Below, in pieces: positions 1 through 9,071 of a stretch of DNA of 64,000 bases. The notes below the pieces were generated by a model that was given only the letters and a program-made list of their open reading frames with translations, made no database searches and had not been told where the DNA came from. The translations under genes and the position numbers were made by a program. The stretch comes from an uncultured delta proteobacterium (GTDB lineage Bacteria; Desulfobacterota; Desulfobacteria; Desulfobacterales; JAFDCJ01). Location of the stretch: assembly GCA_963769935.1 (NCBI GenBank), contig CAVYNY010000028.1, positions 99,808 to 163,807 of the forward strand. The letters run 5' to 3'. Each line of letters starts with the position of its first letter. Position 1 is the first letter of the stretch.

Positions 1-805
1 TAATAGCCTGGCCGGTCATGTAGGAAGATTGGCTTGAAGCCAAAAAGGCGACCAGGTTCGCCACTTCCTGCGAGGAGCCGAGGCGGCCCAGGGGGATGGT
101 CTGAACCATTTCCGCTTCGCGGGCCTCTTTGGTAGAATTTAAAATGCGGGCTTCCAAATCGAAGCGCCATTTGGTGAAGTCGGTGCTGATAACGCCCGGA
201 CAAACGGCATTGACCCGGATATTGCTGCCCGCCAGTTCCCGGGCCATGACTTTTGTCAGCATGACGACACCGGCTTTGGCAACTGCGTAGGCTCCGTTGA
301 ACAGCGGAGGTACCTTGGCGGCCCTGGAGGCAATATTTATGACAGAACCACCGGTATCAATCATCAAAGGGATAACGGCCTTTGAGACCCGAAAAACGCC
401 GTTCAGGTTAACATCCAGCGTCTTGAACCAGGCATTATCGTCATAGGTGTGAATGGCACTGGGAACCCCAAAAACAGACCCCGCATTGTTGCATAGAATC
501 TGCACATTTTTAAACTGTGACTTGATCAGCCCCACCATCTGCTCTATGGATGAATTTGCAGTCACATCCACAGCAACAAAAAGGGCCTTAATTGCAAATT
601 GCCTGGCCAAATCCTCGGCCAGGGCTTCCATTTCTTCGCTATTATCCGAAACTTGCGGCTGGTCATCGCCTCCCACTTTTAATAGATCGGCAATAATTAT
701 ATCAGCACCGCTTTCGGCCAGCTTATGGGCAATCGCATAACCGATGCCGGATTTTTTCCCGGAGCCCGTTACCAGAGCCGTTTTGCCTTTTAGATCTTGA
801 TACAT
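1..805 (-). CDS. SDR family NAD(P)-dependent oxidoreductase (3' end runs off window)
   Basis: Not in the ORF track. Manual translation from ATG at 805 gives MYQDLKGKTALVTGSGKKSGIGYAIA...CNNAG...YAVAK...IRVNAVCPG...PLGRLG, i.e. Rossmann Gly motif, NNAG and YxxxK. Confidence 0.93.
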   Translation of the reverse strand, partial: MYQDLKGKTALVTGSGKKSGIGYAIAHKLAESGADIIIADLLKVGGDDQPQVSDNSEEMEALAEDLARQFAIKALFVAVDVTANSSIEQMVGLIKSQFKNVQILCNNAGSVFGVPSAIHTYDDNAWFKTLDVNLNGVFRVSKAVIPLMIDTGGSVINIASRAAKVPPLFNGAYAVAKAGVVMLTKVMARELAGSNIRVNAVCPGVISTDFTKWRFDLEARILNSTKEAREAEMVQTIPLGRLGSSQEVANLVAFLASSQSSYMTGQAI

Positions 806-887
806 AAAGAATTTCTATTGGGAACACGGGAGCTTGTCAACACAAATTCCGGGGCTTTTTCTAACTTGACTGTTGGTAAGATTTTCT

Positions 888-919
888 ATAGCCTAACCAG
901 GTATTATATAATAGGCTAT
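888..919. promoter_or_regulatory. Palindromic operator candidate upstream of the Rrf2 regulator
   Basis: ATAGCCTA-N16-TAGGCTAT inverted repeat, downstream of a TTGACT -35-like hexamer, in the divergent SDR/Rrf2 intergenic region. Confidence 0.45.
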
Positions 920-1000
920 GTCGTTTTAGAGAAAATCCGCCCAGACGGACAACTGCCTGCATAAAGTGAGCCTCAATTAATTATTATTCGGAGACGGATT

Positions 1001-1474
1001 ATGAAACTTTCGACAAAAACGAGATATGGCACACGTTTGATTCTGGATATGGCCCAGCATTACGGTCAAGGGGCTATTCAGCTGGGCGAAATAGCCAACC
1101 GGCAAAATATTTCCCTGAAGTATCTCGAGCAGATTATCCGACCGTTAAAAAAGGCCAATTACGTAAAAAGCTTTCGGGGGGCCAAGGGAGGCCACATGCT
1201 CACAAAACCCCCTGAAAAGATCTCGGTGGGCGAAGTCGTCGCTGTGTTGGAAGGCGGAAAAACACTGGTGCGCTGTGAAGATAACCCGAAAAATTGCGAG
1301 CGTGTCGTCTCATGTCTGACACGCTATCTATGGCTGGAAGCGGCCGATGCCATGTTTCAAAGGCTGTCTTCGATTACATTTGCCGATCTGCTGGCGATAA
1401 AAAAAGATATCTGCAAAGAAGGACGGATCGATTTTAGAGCTGCTGCCGGGGAAACGAATCCCACTGCTTCCTGA
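1001..1474 (+). CDS. Rrf2 family transcriptional regulator (IscR/CymR-like)
   Basis: MKLSTKTRYG, ISLKYLEQI, SFRGAKGGH, and three Cys in C-x6-C-x5-C. Confidence 0.93.
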   Translation: MKLSTKTRYGTRLILDMAQHYGQGAIQLGEIANRQNISLKYLEQIIRPLKKANYVKSFRGAKGGHMLTKPPEKISVGEVVAVLEGGKTLVRCEDNPKNCERVVSCLTRYLWLEAADAMFQRLSSITFADLLAIKKDICKEGRIDFRAAAGETNPTAS

Positions 1475-1525
1475 ATGGGTACGTATCTTCCAATAAGCTG
1501 CCTTACAGCAGGCCCATGTGGGGAG

Positions 1526-1966
1526 TTATATTTTTTTCCCGTTCTCCAGAATACCCTTCAATTTGAGCATGTCATTTCTCAACTGTGTACATATTTTACG
1601 TTTTACGATTATCTTGCCCAAACTTAAAAATCCCAGATCAAGCTCCGCAGCTGTCGTAAACATAGTTGAACCGTTCTGGCCTTCAAAAAAAAAGCTGCTC
1701 TCACCGGTAATGGTGCCGGATGTAATTCGGAAGGAGCAGGCTCTGTCAGGCACATACTCGGTTATAACACCTTCGGTTTCGATGCGCTTGCCCATAAACC
1801 GATTCACACAGCGATAGGTTGAACCGAGTTCGAAGGGGCCTTCGGAAGTTATCGCCAATTCCAGAATATCGGTTTGCCATTTGGGATTATTATTAATATT
1901 TGTAACAAATTCAAATACTCTTCCAACCGGCTGTTTAATAACCACACTGTTTTCAAACTTAATCAT
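1526..1966 (-). CDS. SRPBCC / polyketide cyclase-dehydrase family protein
   Basis: SVVIKQPVGRVFEFVTNINNNPKW N-terminus and a C-terminal helix (DMLKLKGILE). Confidence 0.8.
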   Translation of the reverse strand: MIKFENSVVIKQPVGRVFEFVTNINNNPKWQTDILELAITSEGPFELGSTYRCVNRFMGKRIETEGVITEYVPDRACSFRITSGTITGESSFFFEGQNGSTMFTTAAELDLGFLSLGKIIVKRKICTQLRNDMLKLKGILENGKKI

Positions 1967-2091
1967 CAAAAAATCCTTTATCTAACAACCGCAGCATTTA
2001 GCATCACAAATAGAAATTATAAGCCTCTTTCCGTCGATTTTCAAGAATTGTTGCCTCTGATACCTTAATTGCTCCGTCCTGAAAAAAAACG

Positions 2092-2186
2092 AATTAATCC
2101 GCTGGACCTTTGATTTAAAAACCTTCTTCAGTTGCCCAAAAGCAAATTTTAACCCTGAATGGGCTATTTTTCAGGGCGGAGTAATT
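2092..2186 (+). repeat. 95-bp terminal-inverted-repeat element, copy A
   Basis: AATTAATCCGCT...GGCGGAGTAATT; homologous to 17186, 33973 and 51553. Confidence 0.75.
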
Positions 2187-2283
2187 AGACGGAGGCAATT
2201 TCGTTCTGGTGTTTTAACAACACTTCTGCTAAACATAATAGGTATTACAGACAGCAATTTCATGATCAAATCGGAGTGAAGCG

Positions 2284-2790
2284 ATGACTGAAACTTTTAG
2301 TCGCCTTCTGAGGAGCGGGCGATGGATAGTTATTTATCTGGCCCTGAGCGCGATGGTGTCAAATGTAAAGGCCCTGGAAATACCCGGTATCGGTACCATA
2401 AATCTGCCGAGTTTCAAATACGGCAAACTCCAGCGCGACCGGGATGTGAACAACCTGTTCCAAAGCTATGAAGTTCTCCCTGACCATAAATATTACACGT
2501 TTGGTAAGGCCGACATTCCTTATGCCATTATCGGTATCCAGAATAAATATAAACTCCGGCCGGGAACTTGGCAGCAAATTAAGCCGACCACCCCTCTATT
2601 AAGGGGCTGGGTTTCTAAAATGGACAATATCTATGGATATCCGCCCTATGGATCCATTATTCTGGATAATAATGGTCAACGAATCGGCGTCTGGTATTCG
2701 AGTAAACAGTGGACCACCGTCATCATCGAAGAAAACAATGAAGTTGCCATCCTGGCACCCGAGACCCCGGGGTTCCGAGGAGGCAAATAG
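2284..2790 (+). CDS. Exported hypothetical protein
   Basis: 168-aa ORF with GGAG RBS and a signal-peptide-like N-terminus ending VKA. Confidence 0.7.
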   Translation: MTETFSRLLRSGRWIVIYLALSAMVSNVKALEIPGIGTINLPSFKYGKLQRDRDVNNLFQSYEVLPDHKYYTFGKADIPYAIIGIQNKYKLRPGTWQQIKPTTPLLRGWVSKMDNIYGYPPYGSIILDNNGQRIGVWYSSKQWTTVIIEENNEVAILAPETPGFRGGK

Positions 2791-2823
2791 CAAAAGAATT
2801 CAGCCCGTAATTTTTCTTAATCC

Positions 2824-3825
2824 ATGATTAAGAGCCGATCCGATACCGAAGTGCTATACCGCTCGCTCCTGCAAAAGGCCGTGCGGCGCGGCCATGTGGA
2901 TCTGGTCTATACCACCAGCGCCCTGCTTGAAAGTTTGAGTTCAAAAGAGAAAGACTGGTACAGAACCCGGACGGCCATTATTACCTTTGAAGAATGCTGG
3001 CCGCTTGGCAGCGAACTCATTTTCAACCGCAAATTTCACAGCAAAGTCGCCGCCTTGATTAAAGTGACAAAATCACAAAAATCAAGGGATGCCAGCGGGC
3101 TGGGTTATATGGCCTTTGCCCTGCATGAAGGCGACCCATCGATTTTCGATGGAAGCCCCGACGACAAACACCTCAGGATAATTGCCAATGCCATCGAACG
3201 CCCTGATGATTTCTGGCACTGGATCGCAGCCCAAAAAATTCCCGAGGAGCGAACCGCGCTGGTTGAAAATGCCCAACGGTTTAAGAATGAGGGATCACCA
3301 CGGGATAAGGCAGTTTTGCAGGCAGCTGCCTATCTGGCCATAACCGCACAGCCTCCAGCCTGCCGGGAGTTGGCGCCATCGAATCAAATTTTCCCCTACT
3401 GGGTTGCCTTTGACCGTCACACGCCGGAAGGAAAACTTGTTTTGCGCGATGTGGCCAGGGATTTGCACATTCCGCTGCCACAGCTGGAGTGGACCTGTTT
3501 TTATTTTGAAGGCGCTCTAACCAACGGCGAAATTCCATCAAAATGGTGGGAGCGGCATTGCCGATGGCGATTCAAGAAAGTTGGCCTGCCCGCCGAGGAA
3601 GCCCCCCTCCTGTGGGACCCTGCCAAATCCCAGGTAATTGAATCCCTGACCCGGGAGAGTCGTCGTCTGCAAAATGAACTTTATCGCTGGAAATTCGCCA
3701 ATCTTAAAGGCGTTGAATCCCTGAAACGGAAGGTTGATCTTTTTATCGAGCATTTCGAGGAGGTCCAGCGGGACCAGGTGGATTTGTTCGCACGGTCCGA
3801 CCTTGACAATTTTCAATCAGAATGA
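2824..3825 (+). CDS. Hypothetical protein, weak resemblance to the MgsA/RarA C-terminal helical region
   Basis: 333-aa ORF with SLLQKAVRRG and AFDRHT motifs; no Walker A. Confidence 0.6.
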   Translation: MIKSRSDTEVLYRSLLQKAVRRGHVDLVYTTSALLESLSSKEKDWYRTRTAIITFEECWPLGSELIFNRKFHSKVAALIKVTKSQKSRDASGLGYMAFALHEGDPSIFDGSPDDKHLRIIANAIERPDDFWHWIAAQKIPEERTALVENAQRFKNEGSPRDKAVLQAAAYLAITAQPPACRELAPSNQIFPYWVAFDRHTPEGKLVLRDVARDLHIPLPQLEWTCFYFEGALTNGEIPSKWWERHCRWRFKKVGLPAEEAPLLWDPAKSQVIESLTRESRRLQNELYRWKFANLKGVESLKRKVDLFIEHFEEVQRDQVDLFARSDLDNFQSE

Positions 3826-3837
3826 CACATTTGATTT

Positions 3838-4704
3838 ATGAGCGATCCGATGATCCAGATTAAAGAACTACCCAATTTGACAAACCCTGTCCTGATCGCA
3901 GGTTTTGACGGCTGGGGAAATGCACTGAACGTTTCAAACGGCATGGCCGCCTATCTGATACGGCAACTCAATGCCCGGCACTTTGCCGATCTCGACCCGG
4001 ATGCGTTTTACCGCTATGATGAACAGCGACCCGTTGTCAATATTGAAGATGGCCATCTCGATACGCTGACACCGCCGGGCGGCTCTTTCTATGCCGTCGA
4101 AACCGATGACGAGCAGAGCGATCTTGTCATTTTGAAAGCCAATGAACCGAATCTGCAATGGTTTAAATTTGTTGATCAATTGTTTTCGCTTTGCGGGAAG
4201 CTGGGGGTACCGACCATCATTACGTTGGGAAGCATGTACGACAATGTGCTGCATACCGATCGAATAGTATCTGGGGTGGCATCAACGCCGGGGAGTCTGT
4301 CTCATCTGAGCCAAAAGCGAATCAATCCAATATCCTACCGGGGTCCCAGCGCCATTCATTCCATCATCCAGTCCGAAGGAACCAAAAGGGGGTTTGAGTG
4401 CATCAGTTTGTGGACCCACTGTCCCTACTATCTGCAGGGCACCACCCATTTTGGGATTTTATCTTATTTAGGCAGGCTGATTGCCGAAATGGTAAATTTT
4501 CGGCTGGACACCCGGGATCTTGACAGCAACTGGGAAACGCTTGAAGAACAAATCAACAAGCTGATTGAAAACAATCTTGAGCTTCAGTCTTTGATCAGCA
4601 ATCTGCGCAAGGAAAAAGTTAAAGGCTCCACCGCAGGACTGCGTGGAACTGCCAAAAGCGATGAAAAGATAATTAACCTGCAGGATTTTTTGGATCCAAA
4701 ATAA
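3838..4704 (+). CDS. PAC2 (proteasome assembly chaperone) family protein
   Basis: PVLIAGFDGWGNA, FYRYDEQRP, EPNLQW, TLGSM...HT, YRGPS, LWTHCPYY. Confidence 0.88.
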   Translation: MSDPMIQIKELPNLTNPVLIAGFDGWGNALNVSNGMAAYLIRQLNARHFADLDPDAFYRYDEQRPVVNIEDGHLDTLTPPGGSFYAVETDDEQSDLVILKANEPNLQWFKFVDQLFSLCGKLGVPTIITLGSMYDNVLHTDRIVSGVASTPGSLSHLSQKRINPISYRGPSAIHSIIQSEGTKRGFECISLWTHCPYYLQGTTHFGILSYLGRLIAEMVNFRLDTRDLDSNWETLEEQINKLIENNLELQSLISNLRKEKVKGSTAGLRGTAKSDEKIINLQDFLDPK

Positions 4705-4748
4705 TATTGGAATAAACAGGGCCCTGAGCCGTAGCGGTCTTAACAAAA

Positions 4749-5480
4749 TCAACGGCGCCATCCGCTACCGGAACCCCTTCCGCTAAAACCGCCCTGTCCG
4801 TAAGTGCTTCCGCCGCGTGGTCCAATGCGGCCCACGCCGACAATGTCATCGCCGCGAGATTGCAGGTGGTTGTGATCTTGGTAGGTCCCCGGGCGATAGA
4901 ACATTTCAACCTGGGATTTATTGCGACCGTCATTGGTGTAATGGCGGCCATAGCGTTTTGGGTAACCGTAGTGCCGGGATCGCGTCGCATCGGGCGGTTT
5001 TTTAAAGAAAATGCTGGCGGTATCATTGCGGTAGTATGACCGCCCGTAGAGAGGATCGGTGCAGCCGTTGTAATAGCCATAACACCCGTATCCGTAGCTT
5101 TGGAAAGTGAATCGGCTGTCTTCGGAATCTTCATTATATGACTCAGCGTCCCGCTGCGCTTCTTCCGCCAGACGGTCGGCTTGCGCCAGCTTTCGCTCTG
5201 CCTCGGCTTCGCGCAGTTCGAGTTCTGCTTCTCGTTGAGCGATTTCCAGACGGGTCAACTCCAATTGGTCCTGTCTTTCAGCCTCCGCTCGTGCGCGATC
5301 GGCCTCCTCATTATAGGGCTCCTCCTTGGTTTTCATCAGAATCCTGGAATTTTCAGGCGGAGCGTAGTTGCTGTAATGCTTGACGCCGTCTTTATCGGTC
5401 CACTCATAAATGTCGGCAAACGCCGATGATGCAATAATAAAACTAACTGTAATGAGAAAATATATTTTAAAACCGTTCAT
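4749..5480 (-). CDS. DUF4124 domain exported protein
   Basis: Signal peptide (SSAFA) followed by DIYEWTDKDGVKHYSNYAPP, a coiled coil and a Gly/Tyr-rich tail; GGGAGG RBS before ATG 5480. Confidence 0.85.
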   Translation of the reverse strand: MNGFKIYFLITVSFIIASSAFADIYEWTDKDGVKHYSNYAPPENSRILMKTKEEPYNEEADRARAEAERQDQLELTRLEIAQREAELELREAEAERKLAQADRLAEEAQRDAESYNEDSEDSRFTFQSYGYGCYGYYNGCTDPLYGRSYYRNDTASIFFKKPPDATRSRHYGYPKRYGRHYTNDGRNKSQVEMFYRPGTYQDHNHLQSRGDDIVGVGRIGPRGGSTYGQGGFSGRGSGSGWRR

Positions 5481-5669
5481 GGGAGGCCTCCCTTCGGGTT
5501 TTATAACTGCAAATCCAGCCAATTTCAAAGGGGTTGCACTAAAATGTATTTAACATGAGCTTGGCCCCGGGCGCAAGTTTAATCGGGTGGTGCCGAGCCG
5601 GGCCCGAACTGGGCACGTTTTGTCCGCTGGCTATACACTTCAAGATAATCATATATTGGAGGGAGTGAA

Positions 5670-5981
5670 ATGAAAATAAAGATTGAGGGTCAAAAAATCA
5701 TTAGCGCCGTCAAAAAATTAGACGGTATTGAAATCGTGTTGGAGAATCTTGAGGATGCCAGGGAGGCGATCCAACTTATTTTGCTGCGGACGGGACTATT
5801 TGAAAAGCATAAAGAGGTGGAACTTAAGGAGGTAAAGGTCACATCCTATCAAAAATATGAAACAACCGCCGTGGATTATAAAATGATATTCTTGCTGGAG
5901 TTTGTTTTTAAGGATGATACCGCTTTGGATGCCAAGGTATCAGTATTAAAGGAATTTCAGAGTTTTTTTAACAAAGTCTGA
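5670..5981 (+). CDS. Hypothetical protein
   Basis: 103-aa ORF with GGAGGGAG RBS. Confidence 0.7.
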   Translation: MKIKIEGQKIISAVKKLDGIEIVLENLEDAREAIQLILLRTGLFEKHKEVELKEVKVTSYQKYETTAVDYKMIFLLEFVFKDDTALDAKVSVLKEFQSFFNKV

Positions 5982-5991
5982 GGGATAATTA

Positions 5992-6882
5992 TCACCACCT
6001 CGCCTGGCGATCAATGGCCGCCGATATCATTTCCCAGGCCTCTTCGGCGGTTTCAACATATTTAAATAACTCTAGATCTTTTGCGCTGATGGTCCCCTCT
6101 TCCACCAGTGCGTTGAAATTGATAATCCGCTCCCAAAACGATTTCCCGAACAACAGCACGGGCATCGGCTGCACTTTCCCCGTCTGGATGAGGGTCAGGG
6201 CTCCAAAAAGTTCATCCAGTGTGCCGAATCCGCCGGGGAACGCCACCAGACTCTTAGCCCGCATCAATAGATGCATTTTTCGGATGGCAAAATAGTGAAA
6301 CTGGAAATTCAAATCCGGCGTAATATAGGCATTCGGCGTCTGTTCATGCGGCAGCACGATGTTCAGGCCGATGCTGGGCATGCCGGCTTCATGGGCTCCC
6401 CGATTGGCCGCCTCCATAATTCCCGGTCCGCCCCCGGTGATCACCACCAGCTTGTCTTTGCCGGTATTGCTGGAGATTAAACCGCCCAATTTACGTGCTT
6501 CGTTGTAATAGCGGCTGTTTTCGAGAGCATGCCGGGCTGCCTCCAACTCTTTGGCCAACAGCGGATCGTTTTTATTCTTGCGGTATTCCGCCTGAGCGAA
6601 TACCAGCCGAGCCTCGGCGGTTTCCGGGGCTACAATCCGGGAACTGCCGAATACCACCACCGTCGACTCGATGTGCTGCTCCTGTAAAATCAGCTCGGGC
6701 TTCAGCAGCTCCAGCTGCAACCGCACTGGTCGCAAAGCGTCGCGCAGGAGAAAATCCGGATCCTGAAAGGCCAAACGGTAGGAAGCTGATTTGCATTGCG
6801 GTGAGTCCGTGTGCAGCTGCGCAGATGCTGCAGCTTCCTTGGCCGATGGAAAGGGGCTTTTTATACGTGCACCTGTCGTCAT
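5992..6882 (-). CDS. LOG family protein (TIGR00730-like Rossmann fold)
   Basis: TGGGPGIMEAANRGA, FHYFAIRK, PGGFGTLDE. Confidence 0.92.
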   Translation of the reverse strand: MTTGARIKSPFPSAKEAAASAQLHTDSPQCKSASYRLAFQDPDFLLRDALRPVRLQLELLKPELILQEQHIESTVVVFGSSRIVAPETAEARLVFAQAEYRKNKNDPLLAKELEAARHALENSRYYNEARKLGGLISSNTGKDKLVVITGGGPGIMEAANRGAHEAGMPSIGLNIVLPHEQTPNAYITPDLNFQFHYFAIRKMHLLMRAKSLVAFPGGFGTLDELFGALTLIQTGKVQPMPVLLFGKSFWERIINFNALVEEGTISAKDLELFKYVETAEEAWEMISAAIDRQARW

Positions 6883-7085
6883 CCGAAAACCTCCTCTGAG
6901 TCATCCAGTCCGACAAGACCTGGCGATACACTTATCACCAAAACGGCCTTGAGAAAAATGGTTTTTTGACATTTTAAAACACCGCTGCATAGCCTTTGGT
7001 CAAAAATTCGATAGCCGGGGAGCACTGGCTGGCGGGAAAGATGTGTTCGGGTGGACCTTTTTTGACGTCGGGACTGCTCGCCGCA

Positions 7086-7439
7086 TTATCCCATAATATT
7101 CAACGCGGTTCCTAAAATCTCATCCTGAGTTTGGATAACCTTCATATTGGCTTGGTAAGCGTGCTGGGTAACCATCATTTGCGGGAGTTCTTCCGTCAGA
7201 TCCACATTGGAAGATTCTTTTTCGACCATTTGATCACCTGCGCGCTCTTGATACCGATGACCGGGAGTGTCGACCCGCCTTATATCCACCTGGACGCCGC
7301 CGTTGGCACCTTCTTTCAGGGTAGCCTTGCTTTTTTTGAATTCATCGGTGTTAACGTTGGCGATGTTGTTGGATGTTACCTCCAACTGGCTATTATAAGC
7401 CTGCAAGGCTGAAACGGTGCTGCTGACTGGTGAAATCAT
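7086..7439 (-). CDS. Short flagellar basal-body rod domain protein (FlgC/FlgK-like N- and C-terminal motifs), orphan
   Basis: SNNIANVNT N-terminal motif; SNVDLTEE...YQANMKVIQTQDEILG C-terminal motif. Confidence 0.85.
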   Translation of the reverse strand: MISPVSSTVSALQAYNSQLEVTSNNIANVNTDEFKKSKATLKEGANGGVQVDIRRVDTPGHRYQERAGDQMVEKESSNVDLTEELPQMMVTQHAYQANMKVIQTQDEILGTALNIMG

Positions 7440-7454
7440 AGAAGCGGTTTCCTT

Positions 7455-7497
7455 CAAAAAAAATCCCGCCGGATAGATTAAGATCACCTGGCGGGAG
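7455..7497 (-). terminator. Intrinsic terminator-like hairpin upstream of the FlgC-like gene
   Basis: Minus strand: TCCCGCC...GGCGGGA stem followed by a T-run. Confidence 0.6.
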
Positions 7498-7718
7498 AAA
7501 TAAAAATATGATGTGATTAAATCTTATTTAAAGCTTCATCCCAGCGTCAAATTTAGACAACCCGAGTTGTTGAAGCGGATTTTAAACTTAAACTTCCCTG
7601 GATGCCGTTTTTCTTGTGCGGCGCGATTCCTCATTCATTTAATGGTGAGAGCCCGACAAAGAAGATGCACGCGCATTTGAGAAGTTTCAGTTACTATCAA
7701 AGATAGTACTTGTTTTGC

Positions 7719-7734
7719 AGCAAATTATATGCCA
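7719..7734 (-). promoter_or_regulatory. Sigma-54 (-24/-12) promoter
   Basis: Minus strand TGGCATATAATTTGCT = GG-N10-GC; IHF-like TATCAGATAGTTA about 30-45 bp upstream. Confidence 0.7.
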
Positions 7735-7856
7735 CTTCTTGGAATAATTAAAAATTTATTAAATATCAGATAGTTAACTATTCGTCTATAAAAGCTGAAA
7801 CCTTTAAACCTGACAATTAACGTCATTTTTTTTGCCCTAAATTGTCACTATTGAGA

Positions 7857-8123
7857 TCATCGGAAAACAAACGGCGGGGAATCATCATCGGAGGCAGCCG
7901 CTTTTTGTCGGCGGGGCTTGGGTCGCAGATCTTTTTGCTTTTTAAAGCGCCTGGAAGTTGCCGCAAAAGGAGAAACCAGAAAAATAATCGGTTTGTACAG
8001 TAATTTTACTAACTGGAGCGCCACATAAAATAGCGCTATGCCAAACGCAACCTGCACAAATGTAGGTTGGGCGTCGACCCACACGCTGAATTTGTCCCAT
8101 ATATTTAAAATCCAATTTAACAT
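7857..8123 (-). CDS. Small membrane protein, hypothetical
   Basis: 88 aa, one hydrophobic segment, basic tail. Confidence 0.65.
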   Translation of the reverse strand: MLNWILNIWDKFSVWVDAQPTFVQVAFGIALFYVALQLVKLLYKPIIFLVSPFAATSRRFKKQKDLRPKPRRQKAAASDDDSPPFVFR

Positions 8124-8330
8124 GGCTTCTGCGGTATAAATGATTTCTACGGATATCTTCTACCGCTGAAATAAGTGGATGTCAAGAAGGTGGATAGGTT
8201 TAGCAGGGCTCCATTTTGGGTCAAAATTTTGACAATTTTCGGCCGGTCCAAGTCTGTTCATCTCTTTAGTATTATACTCAGCTTGCGTTAACTATCCGTT
8301 TCATGGGGCATTTTTCGAAAACAACAATTT

Positions 8331-8476
8331 TGGCATACATATTGAATAGCTTGATTGATACTTCGACGGCATGGTTACCCAGCTAGAATGCATGCGCCGA
8401 ATGTTCCGGTGAACTGATCAAAGCCGGAACTCTCCTCCTTTCATTGCCCCCGGGGCCTGACCCTCCCCGGGGGCCT
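8331..8476 (+). ncRNA. Candidate sigma-54-dependent sRNA or leader with an anti-SD loop
   Basis: TGGCATACATATTGAA (GG-N10-GA variant), two hairpins, CTCCTCCTTT, then a GCCCCCGGGG/CCCCGGGGGC stem. Confidence 0.35.
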
Positions 8477-8537
8477 GCTAATCAAATTCAGTAAGTAATG
8501 AATCAGAATAACTTCTTGCAACGAGGTGACTTGAGTC

Positions 8538-8723
8538 ATGGTTTGTGTTTTAGAGTATGGCAGGAACATTGGAACTCTGAGAAATATTTTTCAGGATATG
8601 CAGCAAGCTGCAATTTTTGCCAAACAGATAATTGATTTGGCTGATGATAGGTACACCTGCATTGCCACCAATAAATGGTATTGCGAAGAAAAAAACGAGT
8701 ATGTAGAAATCAAAGATCTGTAG
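8538..8723 (+). CDS. Small hypothetical protein
   Basis: 61 aa, GAGGTG RBS, followed by a hairpin and T-run (about 8743-8770). Confidence 0.6.
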   Translation: MVCVLEYGRNIGTLRNIFQDMQQAAIFAKQIIDLADDRYTCIATNKWYCEEKNEYVEIKDL

Positions 8724-8852
8724 TCAGAGTTTAATCTTTTTAGGCGGCAGGCGGCAACTGCGCTTTTTTTCCTAAAGTTTCCGGCTGGCCAACCGATATA
8801 AGAAATAACAGTGTGCTGGCGGGTACACTGTTATATATAATTCCTTAGGGTA

Positions 8853-8888
8853 AGGGGCGACTCCATGCGGGGTCGCCCCTATTTTTTT
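8853..8888 (+). terminator. Intrinsic terminator
   Basis: AGGGGCGAC...GTCGCCCCT followed by ATTTTTTT. Confidence 0.7.
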
Positions 8889-9071
8889 GTGCTTGACATT
8901 TTTCCCACATTGGTTGATCGGTATGTTGGACAGGACGGAGTGTGGCGTAAGGGGAACGAAATACTCCATCCGGGAAAATAAGCTCGCAAAGTTCCTGAAT
9001 ACTTGATCGCTCATTAAAAAATCATACCAGCCATCTAAGTTTAAAATCAAGTTCCGGCTGAAGGTGGTCGA

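Noticed and set aside
7086..7439. Flagellar operon, or assigning the symbol flgC
   Set aside because: Single orphan gene with no neighbouring flagellar genes; paralog identity is uncertain.
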